Program-made: the position numbers and the translations under genes
The notes under the pieces: generated by a model
Database searches by the model: none
What the model was told of the DNA's origin: nothing
What the model saw: the letters and a program-made list of their open reading frames with translations, nothing else
Assembly (NCBI GenBank): GCA_008632985.1
Contig: QPGO01000151.1
Location: 1 to 64,000 of the forward strand
Origin: Psammoneis japonica
Lineage: Eukaryota
Direction: 5' to 3'
Length of the DNA: 64,000 nucleotides
Part shown: one piece after another, positions 36,501 through 50,292 of the stretch
How positions within the stretch are numbered: the first letter of the stretch is position 1
Layout of the letters: the number at the start of each line of letters is the position of its first letter

Positions 36501-37700
36501 TCAGATTCAACTGCACATTGACAAAGGATTTGGACAAAATGTTCTTCGTTGAGTGAGCCCAAAGTGCTCACATTTCTTCCTGCCTTTGGTTTTTCTGAGG
36601 ATGCCCAGCAGCATGGTGGTGCAACATCAACCAACACTTTTCTCCAGAGTGCCAAAAAAGCAGCTGCACAACAGGTCAACAGTGCCCCCCCCCCAGAAAG
36701 CCATTTTCCAATTTTCCCTGTCTGTTCAGGGCACCACCCCAACAGTTTGTGAGCTGCCTTGGTGAAGAATTTTGCAATTGCCCAGCGAAGTTGACATTTG
36801 ATTTTGCGTCTCCACGTGCACAGGTCTAACCCCAAATGAGCGATGGCCTCAATCTTGCAAGTGCAGACAGCAACAGGCACAGTTGTTGCCAATGTCTTTT
36901 TGGCAAATGGGTGGCAGACATGAGGCAGATTTTTCACTTTTCAGGTTGGCAGTGCTCAACACACCACTGCCAGGGCAATGTGGCCTCAAAAAGGATGAAA
37001 GAAGCACCAAGTCATGCCCCCCACAATGTGAGGAAGTCTGGGGCTGGGGAGCAGTGCACTGGTGAACAAGTCTTTTTTGGTTTGCATGCATTGAAGTTTT
37101 GTTCCCCCCCCAGGAGCTGACAACACAAACGTTTGTGGCAACAGGAAGAGGAGACATGTTTGCACCCGCCAGGAAGCAAGCAAGCCCAGCTCCTTGTGCA
37201 GACAGGCATTTTGTGCCCTGCAAAACCAAGGTGATTTTGAAATTGTCTTTCAGAGCCAACTGATGAGAATGAGACCTGCGCCAAAGCAAGTGTCAATGCA
37301 AAAAATGACAAGGCCAAGACAACAAATGCCATTTGCATGTGCTGCGTGCATGCTGCACTTTGACATGCCCTGCACAAAAAAGCAGGGCTCTCTCAAGCAA
37401 ATCAACTCTTGTCTTGTTGATGATTTTTTCTGCAGTGTTTGCATGAGATCAGCAAAAATGGTGGTGATCTTGGCGCTCAAATTGATGCTGCATCAACCAA
37501 CCCAAGAACGATGCCCTGCAAAAAACACACACGACAGCGAGAGATGCGAGAGATGTGCCATCACTGCCCCCACCACCGCATCATGTCAGCTGGCAACCAA
37601 AAAGACACAAGGCATGCAACACGACAAAGGAGGACAAGATTGCACCAGCAAAAGGGCAATGGGAAACGTGTGCGGTTTTTTGTCGATGGTGCGAATTTTG
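33520..37700. other. TpA-depleted hypermutated block B (unclassified repeat/TE relic)
   Basis: Same TA/CG loss and TG/CA excess; dense Cys/His-rich spurious ORFs nearly lacking Tyr; family not recognised. Confidence 0.88.
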
Positions 37701-37771
37701 ACCCGACAGTTTACCGTTTTCCCAGTGAGTGCTTTATTCACCACAGGTGTGCGTGCTAAACCTTCGTGCTC

Positions 37772-37806
37772 CACGCACGCACGCACGCACGCACGCACGG
37801 CACGCA
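37772..37806. repeat. (GCAC)n microsatellite
   Basis: CACGCACGCACGCACGCACGCACGCACGGCACGC. Confidence 0.9.
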
Positions 37807-38028
37807 ACACCCCGGCATCACCGATGACAGACCTTGGAGGGAGAAATCACCTTACCGGTACCAAAGAAAACGTTTCAAATGTAGAAGTTGCGAACAGTGT
37901 GTTTGACCATCACGACACAAGGACGACTCTTGAGCATCATCACAAAGCAACCATGAACTTGCGACGTTAAGCACTCGTCGTTCAAACAAAGTTACTTTTA
38001 GAACAGAGTGAAAAGGGATTGCAAAGAC

Positions 38029-40153
38029 ATGATGATGAATATCGACTCGGACCCAGAAGCAAGCGAAGAACAAGCGTTGATACCGTCGCAACATGCAAGC
38101 GAATCAGATCATTCTGACACTCGCCTCGAAGAAGAACCCACTCTTTTGTCACAGGCGTCTGGTGAAAATGATGGAACAGATGTTTTGAACTCTGGTGCAA
38201 TTGGAATAGAAGAAACCAGCCGTTCCCATTCGTACTTGCCTGGGACGTCTCACCCGTTGTTTCCCGAATCCCTCTTGGATCGAAGGCGGCGGGTACGATC
38301 GAATTCATATACACAACGTTCCATAGGGGGTACCCCAAAGCGCTTCCGGAACGATCAGTCAGATGGTGCCCAAGCTATAGAAGCAGTGAGAAACGCCCTG
38401 ACATCGCCGTGTCATAGATCGACTCGAAGTCTTGTGGAGTTGCCAATTCTAGAACTGAATGGAGTCGTTCTGTTTCCAGGATCAACGATCCCGATACGTC
38501 TGAGAGAGAGACATTGGGTCGAGTATTTAGGTCGACAGATTGATGAAGCTCGTGGCATACGGGGAATTGGAACAGGTTCAGAGGAGGCTCGCCTCGGCAT
38601 ACTAACGTATGTCGACCCTCGTCCAGCTCGTGAGCAACATCTTCGGAGGCAGAGACGAAGCTGGATGCGCAACGCAATTAGTCCTAGTCAAGGATCTCAA
38701 ATGGTCATGTTTTGGAGAGAGTACGATCGGTTGTCTCGTGAGTTGGAACGGTCGGACTCTGGGGCAGGTCGAGACTCTGAATCGCAGTCTCAAAGTAGTA
38801 TAGATAGTACAAACTCCACGGATAGACGACGCGTGAATGCCCCACGAGCTCGAGGCGTACCACCGAGTTCTCGTGCGAGCAGACGAAGCAGCCAGCGGCC
38901 TAGACAGCGTCCTTTAGATCCATGGATTGGCAGGATCGGGACAATGGCCACAATCACATACACTCACGAAGACGCCGCAGGAGCCTCGGTGGACGCGCAC
39001 GAAACTCATCACGACCCGCGTTCGCTAGTTTGGCAGCGAAGCGAGGATAGCCAGCTTGTAGTCACCGCACTTGGAACGTAAGTTTTGGGTCATTACTGAC
39101 GTTATGAATGCGTCATTGACAACGCTAATGGATTCTTGGCGTCCTTTTTACAATCAGAGGGCGTTTCCGTATTGTTTCTCGCATTGACGGAGATGATGAC
39201 GACGGCTCTGGTCGTCGACATCGAAATGGATTTGAGGGAGACATGGCATCGATAAGGCTGTACCAAGTTGAGGAGCTGGAGGAGGAGGAGTTCTCCGTGC
39301 CGCCGCTTTATTTGCGAAGAAGCCTCTCGTCGGCAAGAACTGATGCTTCTATGTGTAGCGTTCCGTTCTTATTGAGACAGGAGCAAATCATCCACAACAT
39401 GTCACTTTTAAGTCCGTTACCTCACTTTGTTTTGCGGACTACATGGCCGTGGAGGCTGGTTGGCTTGATCATGGCAGCTCTCGATAGAATCCCTGCACTG
39501 GAAGGCTTGCGCAAGACTCTAGTAGCAAACACGAAGAATCACCCGATCACCAATTCGAAACAATCTAGTTCCCCGCTGGAACCACGTCGATTTTCTTATT
39601 GGATGGCATGTAACATGCCTTTGTCTGAAAACGAAAAGCTTGAGCTGCTGGCGATGCACTGTACCTTAACGCGATTGAGATTCATATATGAAAAGGTGTT
39701 GGAACAAGAGGAGCACGAAACATTTATATACTGCAGGAATTGCTCTCAAAGGTTAGGATTAGCGTCTAGTATTTTTACCGTCGGTGGAGCAGACGGAACG
39801 ACAGGTGCATATGTTAATGAACATGGCATTGTGCATCAAACAGTCACTTTGCGCGCCATGGACGAAGCCAATGTATTCTTGGAAGGTGGACCAGAGACTA
39901 AAGACAGGTGAGTCGGAACGTCTGAGTTCATTACTATTTTGCCAGTTGCCAATGTCTCATTATTTGATCACGTAGCTGGTTTCCTGGATACTCGTGGACG
40001 ATTACATACTGCGCGACGTGTCGATCACATCTCGGTTGGAAATTTCTGCGCGTTCAGGCAAACGCGAAAGAGGAGGAAGATCGTCCTGATATGTTCTGGG
40101 GGATGAGCGGTGGCGCCACAACAACCGAGACCTTTGCTGGAGTTGAAGTGTAA
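38029..40153 (+). CDS. CRBN: Cereblon-like protein (Lon N-terminal domain plus CULT domain), 3 exons
   Basis: LPILELNGVVLFPGSTIP; FSYWMACNMPL; CxxC..AYVNEHG.VHQTVT; SWFPGYSWTITYCATC..HLGWKF..FWG; introns ~39079-39157 and 39908-39975. Confidence 0.9.
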
Positions 40154-40252
40154 GTTGCTATTAAAAGTGTATCTATGGTCATACCGTATCAGTTGTTATG
40201 GGGAATGAGCGATGGCGCCATAACAATCGAGACCTTTGGTGTTGATACGTAA
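40095..40252 (+). repeat. Diverged tandem duplication of the last codons and stop of the cereblon-like gene
   Basis: GATGAGCGGTGGCGCCACAACAACCGAGACCTTTG versus AATGAGCGATGGCGCCATAACAATCGAGACCTTTG about 100 bp downstream. Confidence 0.85.
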
Positions 40253-40293
40253 TAATTAGTTGTTCAACATGTATCGTTCATCGCATCAGTTGT

Positions 40294-43196
40294 TTACGTA
40301 GTTTTTTCGCATAGAAAGAGTGCCAGTTCCTCCTTAACCCCTTTCAATAGCTTCCACTCGACGAAAGTTGCTTTCAATCCTGACTGCAACAAGGCGCATG
40401 CTCTGTCGTTGCTCCAAGGTACACCTTTCCAGCCTGTGTTACACTCGCCACCCTAGCCGCGCGGTTGACAACTTTACCGAAGTAATCTGCTCTTCCTGTT
40501 TGTGGACTTGGTCCCATCGTCGTGAACGACCCCTCATGGATGCCGATCTGGACCAGCCCTGCCAGGTCAATCCCGTCGACTAGCTTTGAAGCAAGTTCCG
40601 TCCTGAAGAGAGAGCCCAAACCTGATTGCATCGGGAGGTCAGAAAACGCAAGCATGAAGTCTTTGCAGTGATAGCCTGTGCGCGATTCCAGCACAAGTGA
40701 GCCAATGACTTTGGCAAGTGAACCCAGGACAATAGCAGGTCCTCGACAATCTTCTCGACTTCTGAGGTGTAGATAAAGCAAATTGTTGCAATATTCTTCT
40801 TGTACGGCGCATCATGGAAAGAGCGGGTCCGCTGCAGTTTTGAGGGTACGGAAGGAAACTGTCGCCCATACACCCCTGCTCCGGAAGCACCTTTCCGGTG
40901 ACGAAATAGTCGTGCGCAAGTGATGCCGGAACAAGCTGAATCACAGTTTTAGCAATGACTCCTTCGTTCTGTTCCTTGCCTTTACGCAGGATATGCATTC
41001 CAAGGTCTAAACCTGCGGAGACTGTAGCGTTGTTTCGGCGAGATAGGACGCTACTTTCCAGACGTCAGAAGTCACAAGGATCTGACCTCCATGACACAAA
41101 TGCTCAGTTGATTTGGCAATGTGGTAAGTGTCCCCGTAATACTCGCGCCTTCCTGAAACTTTGTTATCGCCAGAGTCGACTCTTCCCCAGTGAATAGCAA
41201 TACGAGCTCTGAGGCCTCGGAATCGACCAGTGTCGTCCGCGTTCGCATCAGGAAGCGCAAGCAAATCATCGCTCCAAGGTGCATCGTGGAGGGACTGCTG
41301 AGCTAACAGTGCGTACTTCACAGCGTCCACCGGGTCATGAAATGCAATATGAAACGCATCACCCTCGGTGCATACTTCGTAACCATTGCATTCAGAGATG
41401 CACCGCCGCATTATCTTGTCGTGGAGTGCGAGCGCTTCGTTCATCACGTCAGGACTAGATTCCCACAACGATGTAGAGCCCTGAACATCCGTAAACACGA
41501 GAGCGGCTTCACCTTCTGGTGGGCTCGTCTTGAGCCTGTCTGAAACCAGCATCTGTCTTTCTCTTTGTAGCTTTTCCATATCCCGGCGGAGCGTCCAATT
41601 CTCAATCTGTTGCGTGACGAGCTGCGCAATTTGCTCGGTTTGGATTTCTTGCATCGGACCAAATTCGGGGTGCGGTTGACTGTCGAGAAGACACAAAGAG
41701 GCAACTACATGGCCCTGAATCATAATCGGGGAGCCGGCATAAAAGCGAAGAGGGAAACGCTTTTCTCGAAAATTAAAGGAGGCGTCTTCCCACAAGTCTC
41801 GAAACGCGACAGTCCTCCGCATCGTTATGGGGTAGTTGCAGGCTGCGTCGCAACGACGTTTTTCTGTGAGGAACGGGTCTCCGGTTCTTTCTAATTTCCC
41901 ATCAACGAACGTTAGACCCATTTCCTCCTCACCCTGCTGTCTGATGTGGGAGGCCATCATATAAACTTTATTGTGCACGATATGCGAAATGGCAACGTGC
42001 TCCATGTTGAATAGCTTGCTCGTCAGCTGCGCAAATCGCTGCAGCGCAACTGCGGTAGCAGAGTCTTCCTTCATCTCCGTTAACCGAAGAGACTCGGCAA
42101 CAGCACAGCGTTCCATGTCGTCTTTTCCAACGGGTATTCGGTCAACGCCCTCCGCGTCTAACGGGCTGTAATAGTCAGCCGGGAGATGCTGCATTTCCTC
42201 TTCCGTCGCTGCCAAAGCTTGTACACTGGGGAAGCATGGCAGTTCGCTTTGGAATTGTCGGGTCTGCGTCATATTCAGGAAATGCAGGGCGATATGAAGA
42301 AAGCTGAGATGGCGAGATTGGCTTCAACAAACCAATTTCACTGGGAACGTCGACATGATCGTTCTCGGGAATCCGTTTTCTGGCACGATCAATTTGCTCT
42401 TGAAGATTCTTGTTCCGCTTCATGAGCACCCTTCGAAGTTGAAGCTGCTTCTCTGCTTCCTCGGCGAGCTCTTTGAGCAGCGCTTCCTTCTCTTCCTCGT
42501 CAGGCTCTACGCGAGAAACAGCGCAGACAATCCCAATCCGCTCTCCGTTGGGACCACGGACAACGTGGCCGGTGTACCACGTCGTCTCATCTTCCTTGTG
42601 TAACATTGATTCACCCTTGTTCATCTCCTGAATGCTAAAGTCATGTTCACTATCCAACAATGCGGCATAGCAGCGATTGAACGTCCCTTTCCGGACTAGA
42701 TTTTGGCTCTGGCGCGTTCCGTCCGGCAGAACAAAGCTGGAACTAAGCGACATCATTTCTTGCTGGTCGAGAACGTGAACGCCGGCGTAATCAGCGTTGC
42801 ATCCCTCCAGTGCTCTCAAAGCGATTTCATCAAAGACTTTTAATTTCTCATCTGAGCCGATGTCGAACGAATCTGCAAACGACAGGAAGCAAGATCGGTT
42901 GAAACCGATTGTCTCGTTGTAGATATAATTTCTGGGGGACGATCTTCAGCGACAAAGTCTTTGGCCGCTTCCCATTCTTTTCGTAGAATACGAACATGGA
43001 GACTGCTGCTAATCTGCAGCTCTTGCGCGGTTTCGTTCCATTCTTTCGTATCTATCGACGCAAGGTAGGCTCCATCCACCCCATTCTCACGGACCGCATT
43101 CGCATAAGGCACATATTGCTTGCCACGTTGTTCGAGCGTTTCCGCTATATCATCAGAGGAATACAGCTCGAGAGGTTTTGACTGATTCACACCCAT
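40294..43196 (-). CDS. SAM-like + two GAF-like + tandem class III nucleotidyl cyclase domain protein
   Basis: MGVNQS start; YANAVRENGVDGAYL (SAM-like); LRFYAGSPI..SLCLLDSQP (GAF); FTDVQGST, EGDAF, RIAIHWG; second domain GIHEG..DYFGKVVNRAARV; several apparent frameshifts; stop at 40294-40296. Confidence 0.85.
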
Positions 43197-43794
43197 GTAC
43201 TTGTAAAATGATTTGCCTTATCAAGTGGCGAGCTCATCGTCATTGAATGCTCTCTACTAAGAGGTAGCTTTGATGGCTGTCACATTTCGCACAGGTGAAG
43301 TTGAGGTGCAGCCCATGCAGTTTTTGATGTGTTCGGCACGCACGACTCCTCCTCACTACACTCCACGACCCAACTTGGCATGAACTCGCGACCACTTTTG
43401 CGGCACCTTCCATTCCCGCATTTGGATAGACGGACAGTCGGCGCGCTAAAACCTTCGGTTCTTGAGTTTCGCCGACTGCTACTAGTTCTACATGAGTTCC
43501 AGTATGTAGGATTGTACATGATTTTGTATGATTGTACTCACGGAGATATTCTTCAACGCGAAGAAGCCACGTTTGCCTGTTTCCGAACTCCGCTCGCCAC
43601 ACGCACACAAACCACGAAAGCCGAAAGCCATCAGCGGTCGAAAGTCCACGAATGACAGCAGCCAGCAACACATCAGACTTTCAACCATCAACAACTAGGC
43701 CATCAAGCAAAGGAACAACAGTTAACAGCTCCAAGAAGAATATAGAATACTGGAATACAGTAAACGAATTATCACTACAAAGACGCTCGCGGAA

Positions 43795-44397
43795 ATGCTT
43801 CAAATTTCTGGAACCCTTCGGAACATGACACCTGATGCTCAACATCACGGGAGTGGCCTCTACGCCCAGAACGATATGGATATGGACCTCCTGTTCTCTC
43901 CGTCACACTGTCTAGGCGATCCAGGATTTCAATTAGGGGCATGGGGGAAACAAGACGATGCAAAAGAAAAGGGGGAAAGCTCAGTGAGCCGAGGACCTAT
44001 TCGAAGCTCGAGGTCAGAAACAATCGACAGCGAGTATGATTCAGACTCGGATGGAGACGCGGAGTCTTGCTGCTCAGCCGACGACAGAAAAAGAGCGTTG
44101 AACGCGACTAGCGAGAGGGTATCAAGTACCACAGCAGGAACGGAAAATGAAGGCACCGCGAAGAAAAAACTTAGTGATTGCAACATACCGCTGAATTCTC
44201 TCTCAATCCAGGACCCGGACGATTCCTCTACGAGTAGACACGTTCGATTTTGCGACGGTCTCGTCACGGAGGTCAATCATGCCGAACATTATGCTCCAGA
44301 CGATGACAGATTGCTATTCTATGGTGCGCATGAACTGCAAAAGATGCTGGAGGAGTCTGCAGCTGAAACGAAGCAGAACCAGAAGCCATCATCGTGA
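43795..44397 (+). CDS. Hypothetical low-complexity protein
   Basis: 200-aa open ORF, Ser/Asp-rich, HVRF motif near the C-terminus; start uncertain. Confidence 0.6.
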   Translation: MLQISGTLRNMTPDAQHHGSGLYAQNDMDMDLLFSPSHCLGDPGFQLGAWGKQDDAKEKGESSVSRGPIRSSRSETIDSEYDSDSDGDAESCCSADDRKRALNATSERVSSTTAGTENEGTAKKKLSDCNIPLNSLSIQDPDDSSTSRHVRFCDGLVTEVNHAEHYAPDDDRLLFYGAHELQKMLEESAAETKQNQKPSS

Positions 44398-44646
44398 TGT
44401 TCGTTCGTTCGGTTTTATGTACAGTGCGACGCCCGCTTGCCGAAGATACGGCGAGCCCTGACACGTAATTATTCTAGACTATCATATACATGTATTATCA
44501 ACACTGTGCAAAGGGCACTTTCTACAAGTTTTAGGCATAAGGATTGCACCAATTCTTGGTTAGACAATTCATCAGCGGTAGTACAGAAAAAACTGTTATC
44601 AGGCGCACTATGATGATACTTCCAAGTTTCTAATAGTTTAAAATTG

Positions 44647-47600
44647 TTATTTTGTGGCTTGTCCTCGAAACAATCGAATTACAATGACTGTAATGTTGTC
44701 AGATGACCCCAGGTGGATTGAGATCTCTGCAAGTCTCGCAGCCTGGTAAAACGAAAGCGACAAGAGTTAGAACGACAAGCAAGGGACACAAATCATGGGT
44801 ACGATGAGACGACGATAAATACATACCGTTTCCTTGGCACTCCAATTCCTTTCAAAGAGCAATCCTCGGGCAACCCGAACGGCATCGTCTGGGTCCATAA
44901 CGTCCCACAAGCCATCACATGCCAAGAGAAGGAATTCCTCCGACACACCCTTCTGTCCAACTTTTAACTCCTGAACTTCCGGGACTGAGCTCACAAGATC
45001 ACCAGAGAATTGCTTGCTATGGTCTTCGGGATACGGTAGAAAGATTGAACCATCCCAAGTGATCTTATCAGGGGACTCTTTGCTTTCTTCCGAGAGTTTT
45101 GATTCTTGTGGTTGGTTAAATGCTGCCTTGAAGTCACGATCCCCAAGCGCTCGACTTACAGCTAACTCCCCGCATACTCTCGAAATTACAAGGACTCGCT
45201 TTGGTGCGGAGCTGCACCGTTTTGAAGGCGTCAATCCTCTTGGGACGACTGATAACGATCCGAAAAGCACCGTTTAATGATATCAACCACGTCTTCGTCA
45301 CAAAAGTCAATGCGCTGTAATTGACTCATGGGAACTTCCTTCTCCGTCGTAATCCATCCGTTGGCTTCCTCGATCCTTTGACGCTCATCATCACGCGCTG
45401 GATAGTGAGTATCAGTCACTTCCTTCCAAAAGCAAACGCTTGCAGAGTTGCCTTCAGAATCGCCAGTAGCCCTCACCCACTTGCTTTCAGAATCTCCGTC
45501 CTCATCGTCCGTTCCGAGTGCCATCCAACCTTTGCTTAACATATCAGACTGGTCAATGTCTCCACCTCCCACCGAAGATATCGAACAGCCCATAACAGCT
45601 CGGCAATCGCCGAGATTCGCTACTACCAGCTGATCGTCAACCAGCATCGCAACGACTGCGGTTGTTCCAGAATCCCACTCCCGGCCTTCTTCTGTGCAAA
45701 GGCGACAGAATGATTCGTCCAGGTTGGCAAAGGCCTGAAGTAAAACCCGTTCGATATCACCCGAAGGAGTGTCTGCGGAGACATTAAACGATTCCTCCTT
45801 CACGAAATCAACCACTTTCTCGGATGCATACCTTGCCGCTTGGTTTTCACAGTGGCCGTCAAAGATCGCGAACAGTCCTGGTCGATGAGATACAGACTCC
45901 ATCCACACGGGTAACTCATTGTCATCAATAGATTCCGGAGATTGAAAAGCTTCCAGTAGGTCGGCAATAACATAGGCATCTTCATTGGACTCACGTATTC
46001 CGCATTCAGAAACTGCACCAACCTCCCATCTCAGGGAATCGTCAAAGTCAGCGCTATCAACCTCAGAAGAAGGCCCGCCACCAAAGCAGCCAAAAGACTT
46101 GGTATGTACTCTGCCTACCCTGGATGCCTTCCTTGGTCGATATAGTGGCAGGTCGAGAATAGATCCGACCGCCACCATTGGGTCAGCGCAGCCTCCGAGC
46201 TTTACAGGGATGTTTTGCTGCACAATCGGCGACTCGTCGATCGCAACACCATTATCATGAAACCCGTTGGATAAAGCGTCGTCCACTGGCTGTTTGTACA
46301 CATAATTTCCATTATCAGTGGCTTCTTGGAAGCGCTCTCGATCCGCTAACGACATAAGTTGTGGTTCCTCTTCGATTTCAAACGGGAGATCATCTTGAGA
46401 CGGTCGTTCGACATTGTTTTTTCGAAGTTGCGGTGGAACATATCGTCTACTTCCGGACAACGCAGTGCTGCCTTTGCGGTTCTTGCTGTTTCGCAAATGA
46501 GGAGGAACATATTTCCCCACTGACTTTGGAGCTGCTGATATCCGTGATTGCGGTGTCTCCATAACAATTGTGTCTTCTTCCCGAGGTAAACTTAACTCAT
46601 TCTGCTCGTCGACAGCATCAAGAGAAAAACCTCAGGAGGTTTCGTCGCTGATGCCGGGGACACTTTTCTGAGAGGCGTGGTGTAGAGCTATCCGCGAACG
46701 ACTGCGGCAATCTCGGTTCGATTATTGTGGCTCTCGCCATGGTCAGAGGAGATGCGTGTTCTTCACCCGCTTCTGGTCGCCTGTATCGTCGGTTCCTACC
46801 ATGTCCATGAGAAAGAGATGTCGGAAAGTTGGTCAATGGGCGTAGCCGACCTCTTGGGCTTATACCGCGAGATCCATCGAAATCATTCACTAGCGGTGGC
46901 GGGATCACTGAGAGTATCGACCCGGAAGAAAAATAGGAGTGGTGTATATCCCCAGCACGAACAAACGGGCTACTAGGACCTGCCGCCAAATAACCCGGGC
47001 TACACTCAACATTTTCAACGATATTTTTCATAAAAGAAACGACCGCTCTCAAACACTGAAATAGCCACTCATTCATTTCATCCCCATTTCTTGCTCGAAG
47101 AATAAGTCGGTCTTGTTTGTCGGATGACTCGTCAAGAAAAGTTGTATCCGTCTCGTCTTCATTGTTGACCGCGAGCAACTCAAAGGCATATTCTCCATAT
47201 TCTAGCTCTGCCGAGCGCACTTCCCCAACACAATCCAAGTCCACTCGCTTCTCCCAAATGACACCAGGGCGATCACCTGAACGACCCTGATCCCCTCTCT
47301 GATCAGTTCCAAACACAGGTATAAGTCTTGCTCGAGGCATTGGTGACTTTGAAAGGTCCGAGGGATTGTCCATCTCAGTTCTGCTGCTCTTTGGGATTGT
47401 AGAATTGCCCTGCAGTCGCTCAGCCTGTGCCTCAGGGCACTCCCCTTCACTAACGTTTCTGTAGAAGAATAACGAGCCGTATTCAAGCACACAGTATTTT
47501 GATCGCCAAAGATGGCCATCCTTATCAATGAAGTCGATAGGAGGAACCAAGCCATTAGCGTTCGTGGATCCCTCTGGACGAGACTGTGTATTCATGAGTA

Positions 47601-48305
47601 CAGCTTCCGCTGAATCGTAACGCTGAAAGAGCCGAGGGGTAGCCGATCCAGAAGGGATCTGTGACTGAGGCAGAGGTCCAGTCGCATGCTTTTGATGGCT
47701 CTCCTCTGTCAAATGCTCACCAGAGAGGAGCGGATCTGGAGAAACAAGTTTCGGGTCTCCACTATGCTCCTGTCTACTATGTTGTTCGGGTACATCATTG
47801 CCATCATGTTGCGAATTTGTGTCGGTTTCGTCTGCATCGCTCTCACCTCCAAAGAAGTTGGAAACAAGCATAAGCGATCTCTCCATTGGGGAATGCTGTG
47901 CCTCATCATCGTCCTGTGGGGTCGCCCTGCTTGCCTCGGTTGCTCCAAAAGTTCCGTCTGAAACATGCTTGGGTGTGCCATCTGTATTTTGTGGTGTCAA
48001 AGCCAAAGTAGTGTCGGATATCGGGAATTCACTAACTGACCGAAAGGGTTCATTGGATCTCTTCATCAAATACCCCGAATAACGTATAGCAGATCCTTCG
48101 CTGCTTCTTCTGTGTACGTCGAAACGAGAAACAAACAAAAAACCGAAGACCGACAAGGAAATTAGAAGGGAAATAAAAGGAAAGAATTTCTAGCTTCGCT
48201 TTTCAATTCAGGCCTCAAATTCCACTCCAGAAGGAACAGCACAAAATTCACTCTGTACAACTGTTGTTATTCGCCCTTTGTCAACCGCATGGCAACCACT
48301 GACAT
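44647..48305 (-). CDS. Protein phosphatase 2C with N-terminal PH-like domain
   Basis: YSGYLMKRS, WRSKYCVL, EMNEW (split PH); RESNEDAY, IFDGH, SGTTA, ANLGDCRA, LAVSRALGD, LACDGLWDV, GSSDNITV; 5' end uncertain; frameshifts ~46650 and ~45243; last intron ~44826-44742. Confidence 0.87.
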
Positions 48306-48732
48306 CTGATTCGTACATTGTGGTACAATTTGTACGTGCGAAATAATTGTGTGATGTCCAGAGACTCTAGAGAACAATCATTTGTACGTACCGATGGTAA
48401 GGCGTCATGTTGGCGGTTCTTGGGACAGCTCCCAAGGACTGTGAGAGGAGATTATTGCTGGAAGGAACAACCTCCCCGTCTTGGAGCTGACCGCTCGTCT
48501 TGATTGCTATCGGTTGAGATTTCTTCATCGTCGTGCTTTTTGTGCCGTGAGCGAGTTGCGATGCGGAACGCAAAAACGAACGCGCGATGAAAGCAGGGTG
48601 GCAAAAACGCGCGTACGGCATGTATGACTCAGTTGACTAACTCAAACGTCAACCTTTTGGACGTCTTTCCGGCCGTGCGTGTGTGACGTGGTAGCGAGGC
48701 TCTTTTTATTTTGAATCTCAATCGTCCTGACC

Positions 48733-50115
48733 ATGATGCGCGGCACTTCGACGATGAAAGTCTTGATAGTGTCGTCTCTATCAGTAGTCAGTATGCTGTT
48801 ATCAATTTGTAATGCATTCATGAGGCATATTTCAGTTAGAGTCGGTACTAGCGTGCGTTGTCCAGCTCCAACATGGTCGTCAAAATTCCTTCACACAACA
48901 CGGATTGTTGGGGGAGTGACCGCGGGGTCGACAGTTTCAACAACCCAAGAAATAGAATCATCCAGACGAAATCTGAAGTACGATCCGGATGTTCCTTACT
49001 TTCCAATTTTCTACAATGATGTGTACGAAGTGATTCTACCGCCGAATCATCGCTTTCCAATGGAAAAGTACCGCAAAGTCAGGAAATTGGCGCAACAATG
49101 GATAGCAAAAGCCACCCAAGAAGATGAACAAAGGCGTGTATTATGTGGTGAGACTTTTATTGGATAAACCGAAAGCTAAGCTCAATTTCTTTTTCTTCCT
49201 ATAGAGCAGATTTCGGTTCCCTCTTTCAAAAGTATCTTACTGCTCTTTTTTTCTGCCTCTCACCTCTCTATTACAGAATTTCACGAGTCACCCTTGGCGA
49301 CGACAGAAGAGCTCACAACAACGCACAGTCCAGAATACGTGGACAGATTTCTCAGAGGAGATCTTACCGAGTCAGAAATTCGAAATGTTGGATTTCCGTG
49401 GAGCCCGGCTGGAGTTGATCGTGCATTGTCTTCTGTTGGTGGCACAGTCGCAGCTGCCACGTCTGTTTGCGAAGCCCTTTATCAACAGCGAGACGAGGCA
49501 TCGACAATGCATCCAATTTGGTCGGCGCACGTGGCCGGTGGGACGCACCACGCTTTCTATGATCGAGGGGAAGGATTCTGTGTATTTTCTGACATTGCTG
49601 TTGCAGCCAACGTGATTCGTCGACGTTACCCAGACTTGATCAAACGAATTCTGATTATAGACTTGGACGTACACCAGGGGAACGGAAATTCCGTGCTTTT
49701 TCAGGATAGAGTGGATGTTTCGACCTTTTCAATGCACTGCAGTGCCAACTACTTTTCTCCAAAAGAAAAATCCGATCTTGACGTGGAGCTTCCCGTTGGT
49801 TGCACGGACGGAACGTACATGGTCACGCTGAAGCACTGGTTGTCGAGAATCGATGAAGCTGGCGGTGATTTCGATCTGATATTCTTTCAAGCTGGAGTTG
49901 ACGTCCTCGACCATGATCGGTTGGGAAGGATGTCGCTTACAAGCAAGGGTGTCAGACAACGAAATGAATTGGTTTTTGAATTTGCAGCAGCAAAGAATCT
50001 CCCGCTAGTTATAACAATGGGTGGAGGGTATCCTTCAAAAGACGACTGGACGCCAATTATCGAGGCGCATGCTAACGTTTACTACCAGGCGCATCAATAT
50101 CTAAGCAGGCTCTGA
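48733..50115 (+). CDS. Histone-deacetylase-superfamily protein (class IV/bacterial-like) with organellar-type presequence, 2 exons
   Basis: HRFPMEKY, GGTHHA, GFC, IDLDVHQGNG, AGVD..DRLG, GGGY; intron ~49148-49277. Confidence 0.92.
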
Positions 50116-50292
50116 CGAACTGCACCCGCCATCATCAATATAGAATATAGAGCAATTTTGGATTACATTGAAACACTGTAAAAGCTAGACGAAAAATGAG
50201 CATCTATCGTTCCAAGCCTGTGTAGTAGCCACTAGAGAGTTGAATAAGCCTTCAGCATGGAGCAGCGGATTCAAATCAGTCTGGTCCATCTA

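Noticed and set aside
33550..37720. Terminal inverted repeats for block B
   Set aside because: Only a short direct match (TTGACCCGAC) near both ends; no convincing inverted pair or TSD.
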